A DNA stretch of 64,000 bases from Candidatus Omnitrophota bacterium (GCA_030695905.1 JAUYOL010000043.1:64998-128997); one strand, 5' to 3'. Shown: positions 35,819-45,195, numbered from the stretch's first letter. The notes: generated by a model from the letters alone, not told the origin. Translations and numbers: made by a program.

Positions 35819-36352
35819 TTAAATTACTTCATGAACTATCTTGCTACGAGCTATATCTCCTGGCGAGGTGGTCTCGGCGTCACCCACGCTTGGCACTATG
35901 TCTAATCCTCCACCCAAATAAAATGCTTTGTAGCAAAGTTCGCTGCAAAAGTAATCTTGATCTTCTTGCAGCGAATCGGAAGCTTTTTTATTGTGCGCAA
36001 TCTTCAGTCCAAGTAATTTTAGTAAACGCATTTTTCGTAAAAATATTTTCCAGCCCAATATAGTAGCCGATCTGGTGTCATATTTTCTAGCGAGCATCAT
36101 TATTAAAAATGAAACAACGCCGTTTATTTGGTAAGGGTGATCATCTTTAACTCTATATAGATCGTAAGGAGTTTTATAGTTTTCAACAGAAATAGCCCTA
36201 ACTCCACCCTGAGGGATAGCTTCTATAATAAGCCCCAGGTTGGCTGAGGCCGCAACCGCCACATGTGAATAAGCACTATTAGTACCCCATTTTATAAGTT
36301 TTGAAGTAAGGTCGGTACCTTTACAAAGAAGAATGTCACCATCTTTTAACAT
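35819..36352 (-). CDS. Permuted papain-like NlpC/P60 (YiiX/YebB-like) protein
   Basis: GDILL, YSHVA, YD, FCSEL, SP.DI. Confidence 0.85.
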   Translation of the reverse strand: MLKDGDILLCKGTDLTSKLIKWGTNSAYSHVAVAASANLGLIIEAIPQGGVRAISVENYKTPYDLYRVKDDHPYQINGVVSFLIMMLARKYDTRSATILGWKIFLRKMRLLKLLGLKIAHNKKASDSLQEDQDYFCSELCYKAFYLGGGLDIVPSVGDAETTSPGDIARSKIVHEVI

Positions 36353-36370
36353 GATTATTATTCCTTTGCG

Positions 36371-36600
36371 TAAATTTTTCCGATTGGCGAGGGATAAGCC
36401 TTGAGGGTTGTGAAAAAAGGCGGCGAGTGCTTACGGGATGGGGTTATCTGCCCCCGCTGTTTTGACTTTGTGATTTCGGAACAAAGCAAGCGAGGGCGTG
36501 AAAGATACCAAATCCGTTTACACTCCTATTGTGCACCCCGTACGAGCCAGCCTTTTGAACGCCCGAAAGGCTTGCCCGAGCCAATGCCCGGGAAAATTTA
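36371..36600 (+). ncRNA. Candidate 230-nt rod-shaped structured RNA (6S-like?) or palindromic element
   Basis: Nested imperfect inverted repeats along its whole length (see findings); strand is tentative. Confidence 0.45.
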
Positions 36601-36611
36601 AAGAACATTTA

Positions 36612-36645
36612 GAGATTGCTTCGGCCCTTCGGGCCTCGCAATGAC
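36612..36645. repeat. REP-like palindrome
   Basis: GAGATTGCTTCGGCCCTTCGGGCCTCGCAATGAC. Confidence 0.65.
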
Positions 36646-36654
36646 GAAATTGTC

Positions 36655-37806
36655 TTACACGCGCTCGTAAGGCTCAAAAAATTTCTTATATTCATCAAGC
36701 GCATACCTATCCGTCATCCCCGCTATATAATCGCACACAACCTGATGTTTATCTTCTTTTTTGAGTCTTGCAAGAGTCGACGGTGGAAGTTGTTCCGGTT
36801 TGTCGAAATAGACATTGTAGAGCGCCGATATGAACCGGCTCGCTTTATTGGACATGCGCACTACGCGGTAGTGCTGGTAGAGGTTCTTCTGCAGGAATTC
36901 GCGCATCGGCTTGCGCAGGTTCTCCATGCTCTTGGAGAATGACACTATGCGCGCAGGCAGTTTCAGGACATCGTGAATGTTGCGGATCTTGTAACGTTTT
37001 ATATTGTTCTCGGTCTGCGTCAATATGTCGGTTATCTGCTCATTTATGAGGCCGCGGATTATCTGATATTTGCGTATCTCATCTTTAAGGCGCGGATAGA
37101 GCTTGCGGATCTGGCGCTCTTTTTGAGTCCAGATGCCAACGCTGCGCAAATCCTCTTCTTTTATGAGCCTGCTCGTTATGCCGTCATCGAGGTCGTGGTT
37201 ATCATAGGCGATTTCGTCGGCGGCATCCACTACCTGTATTTCAAGCAGAGGTGAAGCCGTAGATTTGAACGGCACGATCGGCCTGGGCAGGTCGTACATG
37301 GTGGAATGCTTTATTATGCCCTCGCGCACCTCGTAGCTAAGATTTAATCCCGGAAATTCCGGATATCGCTCTTCCAGTAGATCTACGACCCTTAAGCCAT
37401 GAGTGTTATGGTCGAATCCGCCGTGGTCCTTCATTATTTCGTGCAGGGCGTCCTCGCCTGAATGGCCGAATGGCGTGTGCCCCAGGTCATGGGCAAGCGA
37501 TATCGCCTCGACCAAGTCTTCGTTAAGGCGCATGGCCCTGGCTATCGATTTCGCTATCTGGGCTACTTCCAGCGTGTGGGTAAGACGCGTCCTGTAATAA
37601 TCGCCCTCATGATTTACAAAAACCTGGGTCTTGTACTCTAATCTTCTGAAGGCGGTTGAATATATGATCCTATCTCTATCGCGCTGGTAACATGAACGGT
37701 AGGGGTGTTCGGGCTCTTTGTAGATCCTGCCCATGGAGTTTTTGCTCTTCTGCGCGTATGGCGCGAGAAGATCTTCGACTTTTTCGAGGTCTTTTCGTTT
37801 AAACAT
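36655..37806 (-). CDS. dgt: dGTP triphosphohydrolase
   Basis: RDRDRI...AFRRL..KTQVF, RTRLTH, HDLGHTPFGH.GE, DYIAGMTD. Confidence 0.95.
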   Translation of the reverse strand: MFKRKDLEKVEDLLAPYAQKSKNSMGRIYKEPEHPYRSCYQRDRDRIIYSTAFRRLEYKTQVFVNHEGDYYRTRLTHTLEVAQIAKSIARAMRLNEDLVEAISLAHDLGHTPFGHSGEDALHEIMKDHGGFDHNTHGLRVVDLLEERYPEFPGLNLSYEVREGIIKHSTMYDLPRPIVPFKSTASPLLEIQVVDAADEIAYDNHDLDDGITSRLIKEEDLRSVGIWTQKERQIRKLYPRLKDEIRKYQIIRGLINEQITDILTQTENNIKRYKIRNIHDVLKLPARIVSFSKSMENLRKPMREFLQKNLYQHYRVVRMSNKASRFISALYNVYFDKPEQLPPSTLARLKKEDKHQVVCDYIAGMTDRYALDEYKKFFEPYERV

Positions 37807-37848
37807 AGGTTAATAGGTTTTCACCGCCGCGATGTTATAGTAGCATAC

Positions 37849-38319
37849 TTAACGTCCGCCTCGGCGGTGTGATACAAACAACTTATACATAGCATCGAGC
37901 GAGTCCGGCACAACCTTTGTATCCGCTATTACGGGCATAAAATTCATATCGCCTTCCCACCGCGGCACTATATGTATATGCATGTGGTCGGCAAATCCTG
38001 CCCCGCCGGCCTTGCCCTCATTGAACCCTATATTGAAACCGTGCGGTTTTAATTTCTTTTTAAGTATCTTCTTGGTCTTTATGACCAACTCCATTATGTC
38101 GCACACTTCCGCTTCGGATAAGAGGTCGATGCTCCTGATATGCCTTTTAGGGAATACCATTACGTGGCCGTTATTATAAGGATAGATGTTGAGCATCGAG
38201 AATGAATACTCCGACTCGTCGAGAACATACTCTTTCGGTCCGCAGAATATGCATTTCTTATTCTTATGCGATATTATGTATTTTTTTCTCCAGGGCGCCC
38301 AAAGGTTACTTCGCTTCAT
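37849..38319 (-). CDS. HIT family hydrolase
   Basis: LWAPWR, CIFC, YPY..GH, HMHIHIVPRW. Confidence 0.93.
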   Translation of the reverse strand: MKRSNLWAPWRKKYIISHKNKKCIFCGPKEYVLDESEYSFSMLNIYPYNNGHVMVFPKRHIRSIDLLSEAEVCDIMELVIKTKKILKKKLKPHGFNIGFNEGKAGGAGFADHMHIHIVPRWEGDMNFMPVIADTKVVPDSLDAMYKLFVSHRRGGR

Positions 38320-39121
38320 TTTTTAACCTCACCTGCGCCTCTTCGAAGAATGGCTGGGCAAACTCTGTGGACCATGTCTTCTCCTCAAATGCCCTCTCCC
38401 CGACGGTCTTTAAGAACCTTTTGAACTCTTCGGCATAGCTGCCGTAAATATGGAAACTGTCGCTTATGTCGACATATCTGCCGACGGTTACATTTTTACC
38501 GGTATTTTTCGATATCCGGCCGGCTATATTCGCCTGAAGGTCCGTAAGGGCGAATATATTCATGAAGCTGGCTTTATAGGCATCGCGGGATCTCCAGTGT
38601 GTATTCATATTAAGCGAATAGGTATTATTGCCGCGGTCCACGAGCCTGCACCAGATCCTCTGCAGGCACGGAGGATCGTCTGTAATGGGATCCGTGCCGG
38701 GATTCCATGTTATTGCCTGCGCCCTCCTGGAATACGACGTTTCCGACAGTTTCTTTATTAAGTATTCCACCTGGTTTACCACCTTGCCTTCTATATCAAA
38801 ACTGAACAGGCGCTGATGATACGTGTATGTCCATTTTCCTTCTTCAGGCTTTATCCAATGGTCGTGTATGCCGTCAACGACTTCCTGCCTGTAGACTTCC
38901 AGGTCCTCCAATCCGCCCGGAAACGCCCTGTGAATACGCGGCTCTTTCATCGGGTCATTGACGACCATTATCATAGTGCAGTCTTTACTCGCTGGGTCAT
39001 CCGGCTTGTCATATTCTGTCTTTATATCCAGTCCGTCCTTCCAGGTAGCTATTACGGCCTTCTCCCACGCCTCGGGAAGCGTATCGCCTTCAACTCTTAT
39101 TACGGGAATATCTTTGGTCAT
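38306..39121 (-). CDS. Thymidylate synthase-like protein, archaeal type
   Basis: YTY..RL, SRRA.AI.W.P..D, PPCLQ, RSRD...A...N, S.HIY. Confidence 0.8.
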   Translation of the reverse strand: MTKDIPVIRVEGDTLPEAWEKAVIATWKDGLDIKTEYDKPDDPASKDCTMIMVVNDPMKEPRIHRAFPGGLEDLEVYRQEVVDGIHDHWIKPEEGKWTYTYHQRLFSFDIEGKVVNQVEYLIKKLSETSYSRRAQAITWNPGTDPITDDPPCLQRIWCRLVDRGNNTYSLNMNTHWRSRDAYKASFMNIFALTDLQANIAGRISKNTGKNVTVGRYVDISDSFHIYGSYAEEFKRFLKTVGERAFEEKTWSTEFAQPFFEEAQVRLKNEAK

Positions 39122-39124
39122 ATA

Positions 39125-39607
39125 TTATAACTCCACTATTTTACCTTCTATCTTTTTATCCGTGACCTCCAGGATACCGTAAGAATTCTTCGAAGCGAAT
39201 ATCTTATCCGTCGGGCTTCCGGGATTAAAAAATAGAACACCGTCTTTTTTTACGTTTACAGCGATGTGAGAATGTCCGAACACCAGACAGTCTACTTTGC
39301 CAAATTCTTTTCTGACACTCGCCATCAATTCTGACGGAGCGCCGTAACCATGTATAAGCCCTATCTTAGACTTGCCTATCGTGATGAGTTCTTTAGGATT
39401 AAGCTGCGCGCGGATCTCCTGCGAATCCATGTTGCCGCAGACGGCCTTCACCTCTTTTATGGAGCGCAGTTTATCCAAAAATTTCGCGTCTATAAAGTCT
39501 CCGGCATGGAATATCATGTCCACGTCTTCGGCCGCGTCATAAATAGCCTTCGGCAGGTCCTGCGCGGCTATTGGTATGTGCGTATCGGATAAGACGAGTA
39601 TCTTCAT
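39125..39607 (-). CDS. YfcE-family metallophosphoesterase
   Basis: SDTH, HAGD, GNMD, HG, GHSH, NPGS. Confidence 0.93.
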   Translation of the reverse strand: MKILVLSDTHIPIAAQDLPKAIYDAAEDVDMIFHAGDFIDAKFLDKLRSIKEVKAVCGNMDSQEIRAQLNPKELITIGKSKIGLIHGYGAPSELMASVRKEFGKVDCLVFGHSHIAVNVKKDGVLFFNPGSPTDKIFASKNSYGILEVTDKKIEGKIVEL

Positions 39608-41236
39608 CTAAACTATGACCTTGGTTTTGCCGTAAGAGTTCAGGATATTGTTGATTGTGGATATATCCCATATCGATATCTTTAGCTCTTTTGCCAGCAG
39701 CTTCGCGTTTTCATCGATACCGCATAAAGATATCACTATCTTGTTCGATATCTTGTATGTAAGAGGCTTTACGTTTTTGATATATTCAACGATATCGTTC
39801 TCGTTCACCACATGTGTATATGCCTGCACCAGCCAGGTATTGCCCCTGAAAGTGGCGGCCAGGCACCTGTTTTCATCGGATAACGCCCTTACCTCCACCT
39901 TGGTAAAGTGCGGCAGCCTTAACTGCCTGGAATCCACCTGTATCAGCTCATTGGAGAATGAGTTGAATAATTCCGACAGGCGCGCGGTTATCTCTTTTTC
40001 GGATTCGGTTATGAAATCGGATATATATGCCTTCACCTGTGAGGTAAACAGCTCGGACCTGTTAAATATGCCGTCTACGAGAAGGTTCTTTCTCTTCTGG
40101 TAAACTTTTCCCAGCCAGAACTCCAGCATTGAATCGTCTATCTTGTAAAATATGCCGAATTTGGAGACGAGCCCGAGCTCTGAAAGCTGCGCAAGGTCTT
40201 TAGATACCTCCGACTGCTTCGCCTTGACCGACTTCGCGATATCGGCGAGCTTGTTGCGGCCGCTCGATATAGATGTCAATATCGACAGATGCCTGTCTTT
40301 ATGCCTTGAATCCAATAAGTCCAGGATGAAGTTCATCAGATACTGGTGTATTACCCCGCTTGAATCGTATACGGTCTCTATTATGGCTTTTGTCAGGATG
40401 TCGGTATCTATATGGTTGGACATCTTTTCGGTGGCGAGGTCTTTCGCCTTCTTGGCAATATGGTTTAAATAGAACGGATTACCGTCGGTAAATACCACCA
40501 GGAACCTCTTTAACGCGTTGTCTATCTCAAAGCCCCCCAGCCGCATATCGACGAACCTTTTCGCGTTCTCCATATCGAATCCCGAGACCTTCACTATTTC
40601 GAAATTTCCGAAGAGAAGCGAGAGTTTTTCGGAGAGTATCTTTTTGAATACCTGGTTGCGGGAACTGGATACTATATACATAGTATCCTTCTGTATCATT
40701 ATGACCTTGCCGAAATTTAAGAACGGGTTCTTTATGCCTATATATTCCAAATTGTCGAATTCGTCCAGTATGACTACGCAGGATTTTTTGATCTCTTCTT
40801 TCAGCGTAGAGGTAAGGCCCAACAGGTTAAAATACGCGGCTTCGTGGTCGCTCTTCTCTACGAGCGAATTGATATTCTTTATCGCGGCGTATGTCTTAGG
40901 AAGGCTCTCCTGGGCTTTTCCCAGAAGGTTATCGAGTTCAAACCCGGCGTCTTCGCCCGTCTTCGTCAGCGCGTTATATAATAGAGTGGCTATAAACCTG
41001 TTGGTAAAGGCGCGGAACGGCTCTTTGACGACCTCTACGTATATTGTTATGAACTCCTCTTCCTTTATAGAATAGAGGAAGTGGTGCAGTATCGATGTCT
41101 TTCCGGCAAGGCTCTGGCCCGTAAGCGCGACATTCTGGCGGTAGCCGTCTTTTAACGCCGAGACCCTTTTATTGAGAAGATCCAATACCTCATCTCTTCC
41201 GAAAAACTTCTCGCCAACTACAGGTTCACTGAACAT
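39608..41236 (-). CDS. Archaeal-ATPase-like AAA protein with winged helix
   Basis: FFGR..., G....GKTS, ILDEFD, T.GNP.YL; wHTH and C-terminal alpha/beta domain. Confidence 0.8.
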   Translation of the reverse strand: MFSEPVVGEKFFGRDEVLDLLNKRVSALKDGYRQNVALTGQSLAGKTSILHHFLYSIKEEEFITIYVEVVKEPFRAFTNRFIATLLYNALTKTGEDAGFELDNLLGKAQESLPKTYAAIKNINSLVEKSDHEAAYFNLLGLTSTLKEEIKKSCVVILDEFDNLEYIGIKNPFLNFGKVIMIQKDTMYIVSSSRNQVFKKILSEKLSLLFGNFEIVKVSGFDMENAKRFVDMRLGGFEIDNALKRFLVVFTDGNPFYLNHIAKKAKDLATEKMSNHIDTDILTKAIIETVYDSSGVIHQYLMNFILDLLDSRHKDRHLSILTSISSGRNKLADIAKSVKAKQSEVSKDLAQLSELGLVSKFGIFYKIDDSMLEFWLGKVYQKRKNLLVDGIFNRSELFTSQVKAYISDFITESEKEITARLSELFNSFSNELIQVDSRQLRLPHFTKVEVRALSDENRCLAATFRGNTWLVQAYTHVVNENDIVEYIKNVKPLTYKISNKIVISLCGIDENAKLLAKELKISIWDISTINNILNSYGKTKVIV

Positions 41237-41282
41237 GTGCGTCCTCTATTCTGCTCCGCCCTTCAATCTTGTATAGCCGGTA

Positions 41283-41348
41283 GGGCTACGCAGGAATAAG
41301 CCCTGCGAAGCCATGCCGCCAGTACGCGCGGTGAATGGCGAAGTAGGC
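41283..41348. repeat. REP-like structured intergenic element
   Basis: GCTACGCAGG...CCTGCGAAGC and GCCAT...ATGGCGAAG nested stems. Confidence 0.45.
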
Positions 41349-42130
41349 TATTTGGATAGATAATAAAACGGGTTCTGCGGCTCTCCGCCGCGCCTTATTT
41401 CAAAATGCAGGCTGGGCTCTTTTGCCCGGCCGCCCCTTCCGACTTTCGCTATGACGGTATTCTGCTCTACGAAATCCCCCACATTTACCAAAATGGCCGA
41501 ATTATAAGCGTATACCGTCTGAAAACTGTCTCCATGATCCAGTATTACGGTTTTGCCTAAACCCTTCATCCACTCATCGCAGAATACCACTTTGCCCGCG
41601 CGCGACGCAACGACCGAACTGCCCTCTTGAGCGCGTATATCGATGCCTTTATTCTTGGTCCTGTCGTGCTTGGCCCCATAATATGATATCACATTACCTC
41701 TTAATGGCCACGTGAAAAGATCACCGTAGGAATAGGCCTTGCGCTCTTCCGTGCGCTTAACGGCCGCCGTCGAACCGGGTATCAAAAGACGCTGGCCGCG
41801 GTCTATGTCCTTAGCGTCGTCTATATCATTAGCTTTTAAAATGGCGCTCATATCCACACCGTAAGACTTGGATATGCCCCAGAGGGTTTCGCCCTTTCTC
41901 ACGTAGTGATAGACACCGCCTATAGTTTTGGTATCGGCTATATAAGGCTTTTCTACCGTTCCACAGCCCGCAAGCGTAAGAAGCAAAAATATTATTACTG
42001 CGAAGCCATACCTGCGTTTTACTTGTTGAATGGCAAAGCAGAATGGAGCGAGCGATGGGAATCGAACCCACGTATCAAGCTTGGGAAGCTCGTATTCTAC
42101 CATTGAATTACGCTCGCGCCGATCGCTCAT
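41348..42130 (-). CDS. LysM/M23 lipoprotein (NlpD-like); start uncertain, ORF overlaps the tRNA
   Basis: Lipobox LAGC, LysM (H.V.KGETLW.IS), M23 NKGID...Y.YN...LHFEIR with degenerate Zn ligands as in NlpD. Confidence 0.85.
   Translation of the reverse strand: MSDRRERNSMVEYELPKLDTWVRFPSLAPFCFAIQQVKRRYGFAVIIFLLLTLAGCGTVEKPYIADTKTIGGVYHYVRKGETLWGISKSYGVDMSAILKANDIDDAKDIDRGQRLLIPGSTAAVKRTEERKAYSYGDLFTWPLRGNVISYYGAKHDRTKNKGIDIRAQEGSSVVASRAGKVVFCDEWMKGLGKTVILDHGDSFQTVYAYNSAILVNVGDFVEQNTVIAKVGRGGRAKEPSLHFEIRRGGEPQNPFYYLSK
42044..42117 (-). tRNA. tRNA-Gly(CCC)
   Basis: GCGAGCG acceptor stem, anticodon loop TTCCCAA, GTTCGATTC T-loop, encoded CCA. Confidence 0.95.
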
Positions 42131-43030
42131 TTAAAACCTGGTTAATTTTTTAAAATCCGAATACCTTTTATTGATATCCGACATTTTTATGGCAAGAAGT
42201 CTGTTTACGCTGAAGTCTTCTACGGCAAATGAAGCCATTATACTACCATAGACCATGCTCTTCCTTATTGCAGCGTCGTTTATCTTGCCGGCCTTGCTTA
42301 AGTATCCTATTACACCGCCCGCGAATGTATCGCCCGCGCCGGTAGGATCAAATACGTTTTCCAGAAGATATGCTGGAGCCACAAAATGCCCCCGCTTCGA
42401 GTAATATATCACGCCATGCTCGCCCTTCTTTATGACTACGCTCTTCGGGCCTTTCGATACGATTATCTTCGCCGCCTTCATCAGGTTGGCCTCCCCGCTG
42501 AATTGCCTAGCCTCGGCGTCGTTTAAAAAGAATACGTCGACTTTATGCAGAAATTTTTCCAGGGACTTCTTTTTGCTCGTTATCCAATGGTTCATCGAAT
42601 CACACGCTATCAATTTGGGCTTTTCGACCTGCCTCAATACGCTCTCCTGTAAGTCCGGGTCGATATTGGCGAGGAACAGTATGCGCGGATTTTTTAAGCT
42701 GTCGGGTATCTTCGGAGCGAAGTCCTGGAAGACATTGAGGTGCGTGGCGAGAGTATGCGCGACATTCATATCATATTCATACCGGCCTTCCCAGCGGAAT
42801 GTCTTGCCCTTACTTATCTCTATGCCTTCGGTGCCTATATTCCTATTCTTCAAGAGCTGCAGATGCCTTTTAGGAAAATCCTCTCCGACGGTGGCTATTA
42901 TATTGACCTTGTCGAAGAATGAAGCCGATATGGAAAAGAATGTGGCCGACCCGCCCAAGATCTCTTCCTTCTTTCCGAATGGGGTCTCTATGGAGTCCAG
43001 CGCTACTGAACCAACGACCAGTATACTCAA
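42131..43030 (-). CDS. PfkB family carbohydrate kinase
   Basis: VVGSVALD, GGSA, DPTGAGDTFAGG. Confidence 0.92.
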   Translation of the reverse strand: MSILVVGSVALDSIETPFGKKEEILGGSATFFSISASFFDKVNIIATVGEDFPKRHLQLLKNRNIGTEGIEISKGKTFRWEGRYEYDMNVAHTLATHLNVFQDFAPKIPDSLKNPRILFLANIDPDLQESVLRQVEKPKLIACDSMNHWITSKKKSLEKFLHKVDVFFLNDAEARQFSGEANLMKAAKIIVSKGPKSVVIKKGEHGVIYYSKRGHFVAPAYLLENVFDPTGAGDTFAGGVIGYLSKAGKINDAAIRKSMVYGSIMASFAVEDFSVNRLLAIKMSDINKRYSDFKKLTRF

Positions 43031-43031
43031 G

Positions 43032-44318
43032 TTATGTACCTCTCAAACATTTTTCCGCAGTCTTAATAGAACAGTATTCTCCGCACATTGTGCAGACATC
43101 TTTTTGATCCGGCATAGACGCTTTGCGGTATTCGGTGGGCTTCACCTTATCCAGCGCCAATTCAAATTGCTTTTTCCAATCTCTTTTAAACCTCGCTTTG
43201 GACATCGCTATATCCCTGTCCATGGCACCCGGTATATTCTTCGCTATATCCGCCGCGTGCGCGGCTATCTTTGAAGCGACTACGCCTTCTCTCACATCTT
43301 CCAGGGTAGGCAGCCTCACATGTTCGGATGGAGTTACATAACATAAGAAGTCCGCGCCTGCGCTGGCGGCTATCGCTCCGCCTATAGCGCTGGTTATATG
43401 GTCATATCCGGGCGCTATATCTGTGACGAGAGGCCCTAAAACATAAAATGGCGCGCCATTACACAGCGTTTTTTCCAGCTGCACGTTCGCTTCTATCTGG
43501 TTTAGAGGAACGTGTCCGGGACCCTCTATCATTACCTGCACACCCTTATTTACGGCCCTTTTTTGTAATTGCCCGAGAGTGACCAATTCTGATATTTGGG
43601 CTTTATCCGTAGCGTCGGCAATAGAGCCCGGCCTCAAACCGTCTCCGAGGCTTAATGTAATATCGTAGCGCTTCACTATATCTATTACCCTGTCAAAATA
43701 TTCATAAAAAGGATTTTCTCGGTTGTTGGTCAGTATCCATTCGGCAAGAAAAGCCCCGCCGCGCGAGACTATATCGAGAATTCTCGGGCTCTCTTTGAGT
43801 ATCGATAATACCCTTTTGGTAACTCCGGAGTGTATCGTAAAGAAGTCCACGCCCTCTTTCGCCTGTTTTTCAAGGCAATCGAACATGTCGTCCACGGTTA
43901 TCGAGGATATCGAACCGCGGGCCTTTATGCCTTTTACAACCATCTCATATATAGGGACCGTTCCTACGGGGACTGTAGACCCCGCGAGTATCTGGCGCCT
44001 CGTTTCATCCATGCGCGGGCCTGTGGACAGGTCCATTATAGCGTCGGCGCCTAACTTTATGCACTCCCGCATCTTCTTCAGCTCATTGGCTATATTTGAG
44101 GAGTCCTTCGATGTGCCTATATTGGCGTTTATCTTTGTCTTTAAACCTTTGCCTATTCCGCAAGGCTTGCTGATATCGCGTTTTGTATTTTTAGGTATTA
44201 CAATAACTCCGTCGGCGATGCCCTTGCGTATAAAATCCACGGTAACGCCCTCATCGCGTGAAACCTGGATCATCTCGGATGTTGTCTTGCCGCGTCTTGC
44301 GTATTCTAATTGCGTCAC
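43032..44318 (-). CDS. thiC: Phosphomethylpyrimidine synthase
   Basis: NANIG.S, MDLSTG, IVSRGG, EGPGHVP, C-terminal CTMCGEYC. Confidence 0.93.
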   Translation of the reverse strand: MTQLEYARRGKTTSEMIQVSRDEGVTVDFIRKGIADGVIVIPKNTKRDISKPCGIGKGLKTKINANIGTSKDSSNIANELKKMRECIKLGADAIMDLSTGPRMDETRRQILAGSTVPVGTVPIYEMVVKGIKARGSISSITVDDMFDCLEKQAKEGVDFFTIHSGVTKRVLSILKESPRILDIVSRGGAFLAEWILTNNRENPFYEYFDRVIDIVKRYDITLSLGDGLRPGSIADATDKAQISELVTLGQLQKRAVNKGVQVMIEGPGHVPLNQIEANVQLEKTLCNGAPFYVLGPLVTDIAPGYDHITSAIGGAIAASAGADFLCYVTPSEHVRLPTLEDVREGVVASKIAAHAADIAKNIPGAMDRDIAMSKARFKRDWKKQFELALDKVKPTEYRKASMPDQKDVCTMCGEYCSIKTAEKCLRGT

Positions 44319-44725
44319 TTTAATGCCTTCTTTTCTATCTCGTAAATTTTAAACCTGAGATTGGTAAATTTAGCGGAGCCTTTTTTGTCTACGAGTTTGA
44401 AGAACTCCTCAAGCACCCTTAAAGACTCCTTTACTCTTTGTATATTCGCGCTGAATATATCGGCATAAGTTATCCTGTTCATCTCGCTTTTGGATACGCC
44501 GCACCTGCCAACGTCATTGGCCGAATCCCTGCTGGCGCTTAGTATCTTGACCGTTGCTGGAGCATCTTTAAGGATAGACGATATGGAATGCCTGGCCATC
44601 TTCAGATCTTTTGTCAGCGTCGGGCAGTTCCATACAAACCTTGCTACTTCCTCGCATACTCTTAAGCCTTCGCGGGACCTGTTGAAATTGGCGTCTATAA
44701 TACGGTAAAGCTCTTTCTTCATCAT
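44315..44725 (-). CDS. Stand-alone ThiD2-like domain protein
   Basis: RIIDAN.NR.REGLRV.EE, RD...DVG, N..R..ESLRVLEE, R..IY..EK. Confidence 0.8.
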   Translation of the reverse strand: MMKKELYRIIDANFNRSREGLRVCEEVARFVWNCPTLTKDLKMARHSISSILKDAPATVKILSASRDSANDVGRCGVSKSEMNRITYADIFSANIQRVKESLRVLEEFFKLVDKKGSAKFTNLRFKIYEIEKKALK

Positions 44726-45195
44726 ATATTCTCTATCTTCTTTATCAAAGATGTGGTCGAGTATCCCCTTACAAAAGGTATTCTCTTTACCTTTCCACCG
44801 TGGGACTTTACAAATTCACCGCCAACGATATCTTCTATCTTCCAGTCGCCGCCTTTTACCAGCGTATCTGGCTTAAGCTGCCTTATAAGGCGCTCGGGCG
44901 TGGATTCGCCGAATACCGAGATGTAATCTACACATGACAGAGCCGAAAGCACTTTGGCCCTGTCGCGCGCGTTGTTTATCGGGCGGCCTTTTCCCTTGAT
45001 CTTTTTTACCGAGGAATCGCTATTTAATCCCACGACGAGGATGTCGCCCAGCGATTTTGCTTTGGAAAGATAATCCACATGGCCTACATGCAGTATATCG
45101 AAACAGCCATTCGTAAATACCACGCGCCTGCCTTTTGAGCGCAGACGTTTTAGAAGATTCGCCAATTTTTTAGAATCTAAGGTTTTCGCGGACAT
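44722..45195 (-). CDS. rfaE2: D-glycero-beta-D-manno-heptose 1-phosphate adenylyltransferase
   Basis: VFTNGCFDILH.GH, GLNSD.SV..IKG..RP, KGGD, STT. Confidence 0.93.
   Translation of the reverse strand: MSAKTLDSKKLANLLKRLRSKGRRVVFTNGCFDILHVGHVDYLSKAKSLGDILVVGLNSDSSVKKIKGKGRPINNARDRAKVLSALSCVDYISVFGESTPERLIRQLKPDTLVKGGDWKIEDIVGGEFVKSHGGKVKRIPFVRGYSTTSLIKKIENI

Noticed and set aside
36371-36600. Rod element as an integron attC site, retron msr-msd, RNase P, SRP or tmRNA
   Set aside because: Lacks RYYYAAC/GTTRRRY ends and the conserved motifs of those RNAs; no integrase or reverse transcriptase in the window
42044-42117. tRNA as a prophage or island attachment site
   Set aside because: No integrase, and no duplicated tRNA 3' end was noticed in the window
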